DNA of 63,980 nucleotides, the filler included, from Thelocarpon superellum (Eukaryota): NCBI GenBank assembly GCA_026025795.1. It is 3 parts of 3 records of this genome, joined end to end, with 100 filler letters (N's around TTAATTAATTAA, not from the genome) between each part and the next. Parts side by side here need not be neighbours in the genome. Positions count along the whole stretch, not along the records: positions 23,751 to 47,239 come from JAPEUG010000282.1; positions 47,340 to 63,980 come from JAPEUG010000387.1; 1 more part is not named here. One strand, 5' to 3'. The position numbers and the translations under genes were made by a program. Shown one piece after another: positions 35,657 to 51,600 of the stretch (positions are counted from its first letter, which is position 1; each line of letters opens with the position of its first letter). A model generated the notes under the pieces. That model saw nothing but the letters and a program-made list of their open reading frames with translations, was not told where the DNA came from and did not search any database.

Positions 35657-36341
35657 ACGCAAGGAGGGACCATCGACCCGAGCGGTGGTGACCTTTCCAA
35701 GGGAAAGAGCCAGCTCGGAATGATTGAAAACCTGCCCCGCGCCTGCCCACAGAATTTCCGACGAGCAAGCGAGTCACAGCTCGCGAAGCAACAGACTGAG
35801 CCTCGGAGAAGGGCGTCAAATAGAATGCGGATCGGCGCGCTTCGGTAGCTGACTACTCGTAGTAGGCCCTCTACGAGTGCAATCGGGCTCGGTCCGTCAG
35901 CACAAGAGAAGGATCGAAGACAGGGATGAGGCAACATCCGGGGTTGTCTTCACGGAAAGTTATACAGAGTACACGCGGGAACAATACGAGGCCTCTGTGG
36001 GCCTCTTCCTTGCAAAGCGCTACTGCTAGAGATTACCTGCCGAGTAGAGTAAGTATCAGGAGTCAGCAAAGTAGGTACCGAACAGACGTTGGCAAAATGG
36101 CGCTGCGGGGATGGTCACTATTTCTCCCAAGATCGATGCCTCCTCTTCATCCACCATGGATCGAAGACAGAACAGAAGACTTCGGTTGAGGGACTTTGTA
36201 TCGGTCATCCTCTCCCCCGACCCAAACCACGGCGTACGGCGACCACTTGGGGAACGAAGAATTCTTCATGGTCCCCACGTCCACCCTGGTCTCTCTTGTC
36301 CGATCAGCTTCCATGAGCTAACGTTCTTGGTTCCCATCTTC

Positions 36342-37000
36342 ATGATGGCCAGCCTGTCTCTTCCGTGGGCGGTCCCGGCTCTGATCGTCGCGCTGCTGAC
36401 GCTCGTAGCATCCGCGATGCCACCGCCTAGAGACACCTCCGTCGCCCTGATCCACACGATAGACACGACGCCTCACGAGATCTCGGCAACACACGACGAC
36501 GGGTATCTGCAAAGGCGGAGCATCCAATGCCTCACAGCCATCGCCAGCAAACATCGCATTCCAATAGAGGGCCCCCAATATGACGTGCCGTGTCTGATTA
36601 AACCGGTAGTGTTGGGCGTCGCCTGCAGCGCCTACTGCGTCAGGTCGCTGTTGAGACGGTAAGAGGCTTTCCCTGGACAAGTGGTGGTTCCCCTAGTGCG
36701 GCGGATGTTCACCCGCATCCCTCTTTCTTGGACAGCTGCGCTGACGCGGTTCTTAGGAAATGGGAATCGGCGGCCATGGGCTGCCCATCCTGTCCGTTCA
36801 ATCTGTTCCACGACGGATATAAGAAGTGCCGCCGCATTGCCCGAGGACATCGCGAGTCACTTCTCACGGCGGTCTGCGCCGCGTGGGAGCTCGATGCCGT
36901 GGATCTGGCTTGCCTGTCCGAGGCCGCAGGACAAACCGTACAGTGTCCACCTGAGCATCACCGGAAACCAGCGTCACAATCTTCACCATCATCACCATGA
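36342..37000 (+). CDS. Small secreted cysteine-rich protein 2 (about 193 aa spliced, 11 Cys)
   Basis: Signal-peptide-like MMASLSLPWAVPALIVALLTLVASA-MP, pro-region ending LQRR. Phase-2 intron 36659-36735 (gtaaga...cag) joins the two listed ORFs. Confidence 0.72.
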
Positions 37001-37414
37001 GGACCTTTGCCAACACATCTTCATGCGCCAATTGACCCCCGCTGGACGGGAGGGCAGGGTTTCGTTCACTCGGACATATGGGATCTTCTGGCTGAGAAAA
37101 GGGGGCATGGATTGGGGCCAAAACGGGTGGGCCGCGGGCATGAAGTATACGACATCGGGTATAAATACTGTTTCACTTGTAGGGCCAGCACACGGGTGAA
37201 CAAATAGCTTGCCTTTGTAGATGTTGTGAAGGAAGAAGCGGAGAGGAAAGGAACGGCTACTACCACGACCACGGCCGGCCTGCGGAAAATCAATCTTCCG
37301 CAACCGAAGCTGCACCGGCAACCAATCTGACGGGTGTCGTATAACTGACCAACCAACTACTCCGTCAATGCAGCGAGCAAGCATCACCTCTCGAGGTGAC
37401 CGAGCCCATCGACC

Positions 37415-38165
37415 ATGAAGCTCCATCCTATCTACACCGCGGCGCTATCCGCCCTGCTCGCCTCACCAGGCTCAGCAGAGAGCAAAGCAAGCTCCGCCCT
37501 CCTCCTCCCGCACACCGCCACGCTCTACGCCTGGCCTCTTTCCGCCGCCACGCCCTCGCCCTTCCTCACCGTGCGATATGACCCGCGGACGCACGAAAGT
37601 GCACTGAGCAATTACTCGCCCCCTCCTCTTCCTCTTCCTCCGCTGCCAGCCGCCGAGCCGAACGAACCTACCCATGACTCCGCACAAGTCTCCCTCGACG
37701 ACATCGCGACACCCCAGCTCACCCGCGTCGGGCTCTACTCGCCCGCCACGAAGAAATGGAGCGGTGTCGCGACGGACGCGACGGCCTTTGCACCGGGTGA
37801 GCTGCGAACGGTGACGCTGCATCTTGACGAGGCGGGCGAGGCGTGGCGCGTGGGCTTTGAGGCGTCGTTGTCGACCGAACCGGCCGCACAGGGGAAGAAG
37901 GATGAGCGGGCGCCGGTCGTGGTGAGGCTGGCCACGCCGACGCCGGGGCCGACGCCGCACGTGAATAAGCCCGTCCTTGTCGATGCCGAGGGGAGGCAGC
38001 CGTTCGTGGAGCCTGAGCGCTCGCTGTTTCAGAAGTGAGTCCGCGAGATTCTTATCCTTCGTCACAAGGACGTGGCCTTGGGCTGGGCTAACGCGTGCTA
38101 GGTATTGGTGGGTCTTGGTCGGCGTGGCCGTGTTGGCGTTGGCGGGAGGTGGGGGAGACAAGTAG
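37415..38165 (+). CDS. EMC10: ER membrane protein complex subunit 10-like protein
   Basis: Signal peptide, PGPTPHVNKPV, C-terminal ERSLFQKYWWVLVGVAVLALAGGGGDK TM tail. Intron 38035-38101. Confidence 0.75.
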
Positions 38166-38244
38166 TCTTGTAGTGGGGGGGGTGTGAAGCTGTGGAGCTG
38201 CGAGGTTCAATTACTGATGGCTATCTATCGATACCGCTCCTCCC

Positions 38245-39981
38245 TCACGCTGATGACGCCTGCACGGTCGCTTCATCAGACAGCTCGCTGCAGCTCTGTA
38301 CGCGTTCGCTCGACGCCTTGGCCTGGTCCGTCTCCAAGTATCCTTCCGTCAAGTTGTCCTTGTACTCCCACGGAATACGGCCAATCCATGAGCGCTTGGA
38401 GCATCCAGGGCGCAAATCCCACGAGACGACGCCGCGGTCACTGAGAGCAAAGAGCTGGTTGGGGGCGGGGAAGCACATTCGATGGACGACGCCCTGAATC
38501 GGCAAGCGGTGCGGCTGAATGTGGATGAGACTGTTCTCGTCGATCTGCTCCTTGGGAAAAACCATGTTGATGAACGGGCGCTCATAGTACAGCAGGTTGG
38601 GGTCGATTACCCACACCAGCACCTCCGTCCAGTTGGCGATGGCGATGCGCGTGTAGTCGGGCGCAATGGCGGCAGAGTGCCCAATCGAGCTGAGCGCGCG
38701 GCTTGTGCCGTCGAGCTTCATCAACACATCCCACCGTCCAGGCTCTGTCAAGTATCGGTGCCGTGCCTCCTCGTGTCCATGATCGCACTCTGCCACGGGG
38801 CGTTCGTCCAAGGAGCCAACCAGGTATACCTCACCCGTCTGAAGGTCGAGGGCGAGCGCTCGATAACGCTCGACGCAAGTGTCCATGTCCAGGTTGCGGT
38901 CGTCGTAGTGTCGAGTCATGAAGGGCATGCCGATGTACAGATCTAGATCATGCGGACCGAGCCATCGCAGCCGGCTGTCGAAGAGCACAGCTGCACCGTC
39001 ACCCTCGGCCGGCGGGTAGGTGATCCAGAAGTCGTGCAGGAGAGTGCCCGGCTGAGAGAAAATGAGACTCTTTCCCGTCGGCTCAAAGTCCATATCAATC
39101 TGTCGGTAATCAGGAGGAGTTAGGTTGACGGTGCGAACGAGGCGCATCACTGTCTCCCAACCAAGGTCAAACCTCCGATAGATCTTGAGGATCAGCGATG
39201 CGGCCATGGAGGACTGCCACAAAAGGGCCACCGTTCCTTCATCGTTGACCGCCAGGCTGGCCGGATGGTACCCGGGTACTCGGGCGTTGGTAAGATCAGG
39301 CCAAGCCTCGCATTGGTCGTCTGGGAAGCGGTGGCTATACTCCTGCGCCCCGGTGAGGTCAGGCGGCGTGAAGGTGAGGAGGTGCATCTCGGTGACGGGG
39401 CGCACTCCGTCTTGTTGCGACTCATAGAGGGCGGCGACGTAATGATTGTGGCAGATGGCAGTCTTGAGCAGGCGCAATGTCCGCGCAGATTGATCGACCG
39501 CACCGTGCCCGTTCACCCGCGGCGTGAAGATGGTGTGGAGTCGAGGTCCGCGACTGTCTAAGGCATACAGGCGAATGAATGGCTCGAAGTGGCACACGAC
39601 CATCAAAGAGGCCGGCTGACCGGGGGTGAAGACGCTCTGCTTGACCTTGATCCGATGAAGAAGCCCTGGGTCGAATTGCACGACATCCGCCAGTATCCCG
39701 CTGCCGAGGAGCGCCTTCTTTGCCGCATGCTTCCAGCGTTGGCGGATTTTCTCGACCGGACTGGAGGGCCCGAGGGGCCTCCGATGGCTGGGTAGATGGG
39801 ACAGGTGGTGCAGCAACAGGGCGGGCGAGGTCATGGCCAGTCGCCAGATGGCGACGCTGGAGAGGGTGGCCAGGTGGAATGTGCGGACATCGCAGAACAT
39901 CAAGACCTCCAGCAGGATCTCGGGTGGCAAGACCGGGAGTCGTTTCTCCGTGCTGACCAGGCTCATCCCTTCCTTGGCCAT
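38245..39981 (-). CDS. F-box protein with probable beta-propeller-like C-terminal region
   Basis: F-box-like LPVLPPEILLEVLMFCD...AIW. Beta-rich blades such as AAIAPDYTRIAIANWTEVLVW and LFALSDRGVVSWDL. Start uncertain. Confidence 0.7.
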   Translation of the reverse strand: MAKEGMSLVSTEKRLPVLPPEILLEVLMFCDVRTFHLATLSSVAIWRLAMTSPALLLHHLSHLPSHRRPLGPSSPVEKIRQRWKHAAKKALLGSGILADVVQFDPGLLHRIKVKQSVFTPGQPASLMVVCHFEPFIRLYALDSRGPRLHTIFTPRVNGHGAVDQSARTLRLLKTAICHNHYVAALYESQQDGVRPVTEMHLLTFTPPDLTGAQEYSHRFPDDQCEAWPDLTNARVPGYHPASLAVNDEGTVALLWQSSMAASLILKIYRRFDLGWETVMRLVRTVNLTPPDYRQIDMDFEPTGKSLIFSQPGTLLHDFWITYPPAEGDGAAVLFDSRLRWLGPHDLDLYIGMPFMTRHYDDRNLDMDTCVERYRALALDLQTGEVYLVGSLDERPVAECDHGHEEARHRYLTEPGRWDVLMKLDGTSRALSSIGHSAAIAPDYTRIAIANWTEVLVWVIDPNLLYYERPFINMVFPKEQIDENSLIHIQPHRLPIQGVVHRMCFPAPNQLFALSDRGVVSWDLRPGCSKRSWIGRIPWEYKDNLTEGYLETDQAKASSERVQSCSELSDEATVQASSA

Positions 39982-41368
39982 GGAGACAGCACGGCGAGCA
40001 GGCCGGGCCCACGCGGCGGCCCCGTAGCGATGATCCTGCGCGATGTGGTGGACTCGCTGGACGGCCTCAAGCAAGTGTGCGACCAGGATTGCGCAGGCGA
40101 CCCTTCATGATCAGTGCGGCGTTGAGGCTGTTGGGCCCAAACCGGCAGTGACGACTCCATCCACGTCATTGGCAGATGGGACCTGCCAAAGGCCGATAGC
40201 GGGCAGTAGGAAGGCGTCGTGGACGCGTGAGCCTGGACCTGCGGGACTTGAGGAGGCAGAGGTGACGGCAATCAACATGGTGAAGTGGATGAATTCACGA
40301 CGAATGGCGTTCCCAAGTCACCAATGACATACCTGTCGTCATCTCTTAGATTCGTCTTCTAGAGCGTCGCTCGGCTTGCCGCCGAACAATATGAGAAGCA
40401 CACGCCTCGTGGTCCCCTGTCTAGTACAGGAGCAGTCGTGCGGATCTGCATGATCCTGTGCCGAGCTGGCGATGGGGAATCATACGTGCACACTATTCCC
40501 AACAAGCTACAGCCTAGAGAGGGTTTCCCATCCAGGTTACTCGGAGAAACGCTGTGCGTTGTGCTGCACGGCGAGCCCCGCGGAGTCCTGATCACGGATT
40601 GCCATGCGGCATCACATCCCACTTCAACGGTCCACGCCCATGCCAGTCTAGACCCTCGCCGACTTTCCCGCAGCCGTTGGAGCCGGCGTTGCAGCCTCCA
40701 ATAGTAACCACCCTCGGCTCACGGTCCGACATCCTTCATGTCGGTCAAGTTCTGGCCCGTTGTCGACTCTGGTCCACATTTACATATTTGGACCTAGACA
40801 GGAATTGCGCCGCAGTGACCGCCCTTTCACGCCGGTCGCCAAATTGTCGTAGAATGCCCGTGCCGTAGCGAGATCATCGCTGGTTCTCGTAAACCGCTGC
40901 TGCACATCAACATCGCGGCCTCCGACGTGCATGGAATCGGTCTCTTTTGACTCAGATGCACCGAAAGGTCTAGGCCGTGGGTGCTCCCCGACAGTGGAGT
41001 GCGGTGCGCCGAGGCGAAAAGAGTTGATGCAGAGAGTACGGTCGCGGCACGAGTGGGAATGCAATCGGCCGACGAGCATGTGCTAGGTCTTCCACGTCGA
41101 CGTCAGCCGCCCTGGGAGCTGGGGAGAGCGCGCGTAGGGGCAGGCGACAGAAGCGTGGACTAGCGAGGGCACATGCATCGGGGGCACTGCTGCTGCGTCG
41201 GCGGCTGACATATCGGACCCTCGAGGCCTCTCAACTCGATCGAGCTCGGCCCTACCGAGAGTCGAAAATTCTAGACCGTGGGGCGACCAAGCCCATGCTG
41301 GTCGACCTGGACCTGAGAAATAATGTTAGGCGATCAGGGGATCTGGTCGAGCGAGACGATCTGAATGA

Positions 41369-44222
<2,854 letters not shown>

Positions 44223-44586
44223 GAAGGTGCACGGCTAGACAGCGAATGGATGATATCGTGGGCCGGCGGGGCGGGTGGACGGACGGACGGACGGATGGAT
44301 GATGCACGTAACTGAGATATGCATAGAGGATCATGACCACATCTACGCGCGGGGGTTTGGCTTACTACCAGTATACTTACCAAAAGGAAGGCAGGAAAGG
44401 AGAGAACAGGAAACGGAAGGGAGAAATAGAGGAAGGGAGGAAGGGAGGAAGGAAAAAGGCGCCCACGTGACATTTCTATCCCTTCAACCATTTTACCCGT
44501 ACCATGTCCATCTCATCTCAGCCACAGCGTGACCGGGGGTTTATTGAATCGCCATCTCCCCCAACAGCGGCGGGAAGCCCCCCCCA

Positions 44587-47107
44587 CTACCAAGCCCACA
44601 TACACTTGTAAGCCAGCACGCGACTGCCCAGCCGATCGTATTCCAGCCTCCCAATCCAAGCGTCGTTGGTGCCGCTAAGCTTCCCAAAGACGCTGGCGCC
44701 CTTCCACACCACAACGGTGGGATCGAGTTCGCGCGGCGGCGTGCCGACCATGACGTCCTTTGCGAAGCCGGGGCGGAGGGCCCGCAGGCGCTCTTCGAGG
44801 TGCGTGTGGAAGCCGGGAATGGGCCCCGCGCCGCCGCCAATCACCATGATGCCCCCTAGGAACTCGCGCGTCTTGCGCTCGTCAGTCTCGGTGACGGTGG
44901 TGGGCGCGGTGGATGGTGCGGAGGGGTTGGTGCTGGGTGTCGATGTGCTGTTGGAAATAGACGTCAGGATGGCCAGGTCCAGGGGGTAGATGGCGAGGAT
45001 GGCGTCGCGCTGTTCGGCGCTGACGATCTTGGACTCCACCAGCGCTGCCGCCGCTGCTGCTGCGGCTGCCGCGGCGTTGTTGGCGTTGGTGGCTGCCGTG
45101 TTGGTCGTCGTCGCGGTGGTGCCAGGAGCAATGGCGGCCGAGTTGCCGGCCGGAGCAGGGCTGGAGACACCTGGTCCTGGCTGGGGTGTGCCCGAAGCGT
45201 TCTCAGGGGCGGGTGATCCGGCGACGGAGGACCGCGGCGTGTGTTCGGCGTTCATGGAGTCGTTGAATCGACTGGCGTGGTTGAGTGGGAGACGGGTCCC
45301 TGACAGGCCCATGGCGAAGGGGCCCGTCGAGGATTGAGTGTCGGTGCCGTTGGTCTCTGGAGCTGGGTGGATGGTCGTGTAGATGGCTATCTGTGCGGTG
45401 GAGGTGGGGTCGTTGGGCGCGCCGTCATAGAGGTCGTATGATCGGTCGATCAAGGTCCGTCGGCCACGGAGCTTGTCCTCATTGTCGAAGATAGCCGGCT
45501 GGAAATATCCCATTGGTGCCAAGAGGACCTCGTCGTACGTCTTGAAGGTGTATTTGCGCGTATCTTGGCCCGAGGCGCGGAGATGGAAGTCGTAGAGCTG
45601 AACGCTGATGTCGGCTTCGTTCATGGTGCAGAACTTCTGCTTCAACTCCTCGGCGAGTAGGAAGTCGTAGCGGCGTCGGAGATTGATGTCTGCATAGGGG
45701 AAGTAGTCGAAGAGCATCATCTTGACGAACGCTTCCGTCACGTCTGCCCCGCCATACTTGAGATTGACTCGTGAGTTCTCCAAACACGTACCCTCTTCGA
45801 CGCAGCAAATGGACGTCTTCTGTGCCCCAATATCCACAATACACGACGTCGAGTAGCCCGAGCCGAATGTCGCTGCAAGACTCTCCTGGATGAAGCATAC
45901 CCGGGCAAAGTTGAAGTCACGAAGCAGCATCTCCAAGGATGAGGCGACATAGTTGCGCTCGTACAGGTCCGGAATGACAAAGACGCAGCTGTACTGCGCC
46001 CAGTCCTTCCTCCGCCGTAATCCTAACTCGCTCTTCATGGCCTCTTCGATGATGACGGCAATGTCCTCACACAGGAGTGTCTTGGTCGCGTAGTCGGCTT
46101 CGTTGTAGGTGCCGAGCTGTAGGGGCCAGAAAAGTTTGTAGCGTGGGCTTGAGTCATCGGGTATCCGCAGGGCCGCATGCCCCGTAAAGAAATCCGGGAC
46201 AGCTTTCGGATCGGCGGGAACCTCGGTCCAGTCCACTCTCAAGGGGTCGTTATGCTCGGAGATGGTCTCGGGCGGGGTCCGTCGATTGTAGTTAATGACG
46301 AGCTCCTTCGAGTTGGGTAACAATCGTCGTTTGTTGTCCCGCATACTTTTCTTGAGCTGCGCCGACATGGCCGTGAATTTTTCGGCAAACTGTTCAGAAG
46401 CCGGTCAGCGTACGACCAAGGGCGGCATTGGGATCGATAAGGCCCTACCTCATTTCCAAACATTTGTTCCGGCTCCTCTGGGTCTTCTTCGTCCACTTTC
46501 ACCCGCTTCGGTTTTGGCGGGACGGCGGCCTCTTCCGACTCATTGTGGCTCCATCTCCGTGCCACGACCATCGGCGTGGTCTTGGGCAAGGCGGTGTTGG
46601 CGAGCCCGATGCGAAGGTTCTGGCTGCCGGGATGAATCACTATCACCTTTGATCCGAGTGCTTCTTGACTATCTTCAGCGTTCTCGCCGTTTTCTTCCCC
46701 CGCCGCGTCCTTCATCTCGACATCACGATCTGGGAGGGCCAGCTCATTCCGGCTGGACTGAGCCAGCGCTCGGTCTCGGTCTCTGGCTGCTTTGGTCATC
46801 TGGTTGCGAGCTTCTTCGTTCTGGAGACGGAGCACGAGCATCTGGTCGTCTCGCTTGAGGTATTCTCTGCGTCGGGTCAGCGCCGAGCAGTGGAAGGCAG
46901 CGGTCCACGAGACGTACGTGTAGTAGTTCTTTTGATTGATCATGCCGACCACCGGCCATGACGTCAAGGTCATGTTGTTATCCGTCCTCTCAAGGCCTGC
47001 ACATATTGAAATCAGCTCTGGTCTTTCATAGAGCAAACGGCCATTGTAGGGATGCTTTGCATACCTTCCTCCCGGAGGAGGGCCTTGCCCGATTTCTTCC
47101 CCACCAT
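44587..47107 (-). CDS. ARP8: Actin-related protein 8 (INO80 complex)
   Basis: MVGKKSGKALLREEGLERTDNN, INQKNYYTEYLKRDDQ, VIVIHPGSQNLRIG, IVDIGAQKTSICCVEEG and WKGASVF. Introns 46997-47064, 46867-46917 and 46390-46448. Confidence 0.95.
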
Positions 47108-47239
47108 CTCGATGTTCCGCACGAAAGATGGGCCGGGAGTAACGAGGCGTGGTGGGACGGATAGGCAACGAGCCGAGCACAACTATGGCCGTCCAGGCTT
47201 CGCCGTCATGTCTAGATGGTGGCGTCCACTGTTGTGGCG

Positions 47240-47339
47240 NNNNNNNNNNNNNNNNNNNNNNNNNNNNNNNNNNNNNNNNNNNNTTAATTAATTAANNNNN
47301 NNNNNNNNNNNNNNNNNNNNNNNNNNNNNNNNNNNNNNN
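47240..47339. other. Artificial contig-joining spacer (44 N + TTAATTAATTAA + 44 N)
   Basis: Linker at 47284-47295; same structure as the first spacer. Confidence 0.98.
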
Positions 47340-47373
47340 CTCTGCTTGTCCTCGTGCAAGAGTAGCGTCCACC

Positions 47374-48555
47374 ATGGAAGCTCAAGCTGCTCGAGCATCG
47401 ATGGCTGCAGCCAGCCACACTCCTACATCATCGTCTTCTCCTTCGAAAGCCATCGTCATTGGCATCAGCGGGCCCTCATCGAGTGGAAAAACAACGCTGG
47501 CTAGGATACTCGCCCAGTTGATTCCTGTCCGGGCTATCATTCACCAGGATGACTACTACAAGCCCGAAGACCAGTAGGTCTCTGACTCTCCTTCTCTCTG
47601 TTCCAGCAAAGAAGCCATAGACCTTCCTCCGTACTCGTGTGGCATATCACAATACACCATTCACACGCCTCATGACCACCTCCTCTTCATACAGACCCTC
47701 TCGTGGCAGTACAGATGATGGAATGTATCCACCCAGATACATGGGTGAGCACAAACGTATGCACATGCTCGTAAATAGCACGTCGACTGACGTGCGTCTT
47801 ACAGACTCCCACTTCGATCGGGTCTCAAGGACTGGGACAGCGTCGAGGCGTTCGATATGGCTCGGCTTGCGTCGACACTACGACACGTCCGCGCCACAGG
47901 GGAGCTGCCGGATGATATCCCGCCCTCGACGGAACTAGCACCGTCGTCGGGTTCCGCATCTGCTGTCAACTCTCGGATCGCCGCCTCTCTTCGTTTTCTT
48001 CTTCCTCTGTCTCTCTCTTCTCTCTCCTCTGTCTCTACTGGCTCTGCTGCCTCCCATCCACTCTCTTCATCACACCCTCCCACCACCAACGAGCGTAACA
48101 TATACATCCTCGAAGGGATCCAACTGTACAGCCCCTCTCTGTCCCCTAGTCCCATCCCCTACCTCTCCCCTATCCGGCTCTTCCTCCTTTCATCCTACGA
48201 CTCCATCAAGCGCCGGCGCGAGAAACGCACAGGGTACGTGACGGACGCGCAGGGCGGCTTCTGGGTCGATCCGCCGGGGTATGTCGATCGCGTCGTGTGG
48301 CCTGCCTTCGTGGAGAGTCACGCGCCTTTGTTCGTGGATGGGGAGGTGCATGGTGGGAGAGGCGTGCTGGATGAAGATGTGGTGGGGGAGGGGGGCGAGC
48401 GTCTTGCTTTGGCCGTTTGGCGGGATGAGGACGGAGATGATGGAGAGGAGCAGAAGGGGGAAGAAGAGGGGGAAGAGGAAAGCTTGAGGTGCATGGCGGA
48501 ATGGGCTGTGCGTGTCCTGGCGGACACACTCCCTCCGCTCTTGCACCAAACATGA
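47374..48555 (+). CDS. NRK1: Nicotinamide riboside kinase-like P-loop kinase
   Basis: VIGISGPSSSGKTTLA, IHQDDYYK. Intron 47574-47804, then LKDWD, ILEG, RREKRTGY and FWVDPPGYVDRVVWP. Confidence 0.85.
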
Positions 48556-48596
48556 CCTCAAGTTCTTGCGGCGTAGTTGATCATCACCGTACATAG

Positions 48597-48654
48597 TCAT
48601 TCATTCATTCATTCATTCATTCATTCATTCATTCATTCATTCATTCATTCATTC
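48597..48654. repeat. (TCAT)14 microsatellite
   Basis: Perfect array in the 114-bp gap between the convergent NRK1 and SNF2 stops. Confidence 0.97.
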
Positions 48655-48669
48655 TCCTATTGTCTATCG

Positions 48670-51600
48670 TCATCCGTTTCGCTTGGGAAAAAAGGTACCG
48701 CCTCCCGTCCCTGCACCAGCTCCCGTCCCCGCTCCCTCGCCTCCAAAGAGACTCACGTGATGCGTGTCTTTTACCTTCTCGCCCCAATGACCCTTCACCT
48801 TCTTCTTGAGTCGGTGCACCACACGCAGTGATGGTGCTAGGTGGTCCGGCGCCTCCTTCTCCATCTCGCCACGGTCTACTTCCGTCTCCCCTTCGTCCTC
48901 GTCTTCATCCTCAATCATAAATCGGGCGCGTTTTTTGACCTTGCGCCGGCGATCGGTAGATTGAAGGTCTTCTGAAGCCGAGGGTGAAGCGACAGGCAGA
49001 GTGTTTGCTGGCCCCGGCGGCTCGGCCACACCTGAAATCTCCAGCTGTCGTCGTGACCGCTTCGCCTTGGTCACACCACCGGACGGATCGGTTACTTCCA
49101 CCAGCCCCTCATCCGGATCCAGCGCTACCGCGCTCGAACGAGATGCGCGACCAAAGACTTGCTGCGGAGCAATGAGCAGCGCCATTTGACCATGGGTGGG
49201 AACGATGTCTTTGGTCAAAGGTAGGAATGTAGCGTTTTGGATTATGGAAGACATGACCGCGTCGTCCAGTAGGCTCTCCCGCGTCTTTTCGTGTTCGTCG
49301 TGACCCATCGTGCCCCGTCGCTGCAGCATCTGGTCTTCGAGCGTATCCCGCAGCACGAGCGTCTCCACGTATACTGGCCGCGTCTGGCCGATTCGATGCG
49401 CGCGCTTTACAGCCTGTGCCTCAATATTCGGCTGCCAGATGGGATTGACAAAGAAGACTCGCGAGGCAGATGAGAGGTTGAGGCCATGGGCGGCCTGATG
49501 CACATCCATGAGCAAGACGCGAAATGTCTCCGTCGTGTTGAACGTTACGATGTACTGTGCTCGTCTCTCCGGCGCGAGCGTATTTGCATAGATCAGATGC
49601 TTGACCCCCACGATGTCGAGCGCTTGCGAGATGTAGTACTGAGAGTCACGTTAGCAACGATGGCGATTCGGCGTCCAACGCGAGAGGGTCCTAACCGCAA
49701 TGTGGTCGCCCTCGTATGCCACGAGGATTTTCTCCGCTCGGTGAAAGATCTGGATCTGATCAAGCAGATACGCCAACTTGGCAGAGGCGACTGCGACAAT
49801 GCGAGTGGCTCTCAGAGAAGAGTCGGCTGGTAGAGTAGCTTCGGGCTGGGCCGCAACGACCTTCATCGCAGACTTCAAGACGGCGTCGCTAGAGTCAACT
49901 TGGGAGAGCTTCCGCTTTGACTTTGACGGATGGGCATGTCCAGTTCTTTTCAAGCTGGAGACACCGTCAGGGCTTCTAAGAACGGTCAATCCTGCGGGGT
50001 TTGCTCGTCGTTGGATCGCCTGTTTCTCTGTCCCGTGTTGTTTGGCCGCTGTCATGGCGAGGATGCCAGCAGCTGGAAGATGAGCGGCAGGATCACTCGC
50101 GTATAGTTGGGAGCTGACCTCTTTCTGTGCCAAGCTCAGCTGCGAGAGACCAACAAGAGTTGGGTTTGTGTCGACACCGTTCAAGGCCCACATCTCACGA
50201 GCTCGTTCCGGAAAATCCTGAACGAGGATGCCCAGCTCTTGATATTGATTAAAGCACCCCCATTCCTTGTCCCCGACGGCTCTCTCGCCAATGCCAATCG
50301 CCTCACGTAGCAGGGCCCGATCGCGCGAAGTGCATTTGCTACCTGACTTTGCAAGATATGCTTTGCTGACGTCCATCGTGGCAGTGACATCCTGGATGGA
50401 GAAGCCGGTCCAATAGAAGCCGCTCTGTCGCAAGTTGTTCACCAAGCCGTTGAGAGCCTTTCGATTTTTGGGATGGAACAGGTAATCGCCGTCCTCGCGT
50501 TCGCTCGTGATGGCATTGGCGGCCAGGGTCGTCAGAAATAGGTTGATGCTCAACCGGTCATAGTAGCACGGATCCAAATGCACAATGCGGTTGGAGAGTG
50601 GTGGCAAGGCAACAGCGGTGTCGCCAGGAAGATGTTTGATGACAACATCTTCCAGGATTGATCGAAGAGAGAAATGTTGGCACCAGTGACCGTCCTCGTT
50701 GGTAGGCTTCATGGATCGATTCCACGAGACCGAGGCTTCTCCACGGGGAGTCGCCCACGGCCGCAGCTTCAAGAAGGATTTCAAGATCCTTCCGATCCGT
50801 TCCAGGTCCTTCCGCTCCTGCACGGCGAGGTGCTCTGTCTTCCGTCTCTCCAAGATGTCTTGCATGCTGGCCTTGGGAGAGTTCTTGCCACCTTGGTTAG
50901 TCGGCAGCGCAGCGAGTTCGACCTCCGTTCCAATAAGCCCGTTCGCCGGGGTACCGCTGACCACCCAGCGACGCTCGGCGATGATCAAGTTAGCGACAAC
51001 ATTTGCATTTGAGAACCGGGAGCCTCCGCCACAGTAATGGCCTTCGTCAACCAGAACTCGCTTGAAGTGGATCTTAGTGAGGGGCGATTGGTAGACTCTA
51101 TCCACATGGAACCCCGTGCAAGCAAGATTATCACACGGACAATTCTGTTTTGACACGTTTGGAGAATCTTTGCCAAAGTTGTCGACTCCATGGCGCGCTT
51201 CCCTTTCGAAACGGGCCCGTGAGAATAAGATGATGTCGTATTCGAGGAGTTGGGGGAGAGGTGGAAGCTGTGTAAGGTGATTCGCCATGACAAGGATATT
51301 CAAGCCTCCCTCCTCACAGTGCTTCTTGATCTCGCTCATCCAATGCTGCACGAGATTGGCGGGACACACGATGATGGTTCCCGTCGAGAGATATACCTGG
51401 CGGCCCTTGTCGGGAAGGATCGATCGCGGGGCATAAAAACGCGGGGGTGGGGGGATGGTGTAAGAGACGCCATGTTCCTTGATCAAAGCGTGGTATCGCG
51501 TTGGGTCGATGCCTTCCTGCTGCTGCAGACGGTCGAAGAAGCGTCTCGACGGACGAGCATGACGAGTGATGGCAGCAGCACTCATGTCGAGCAATGACCC

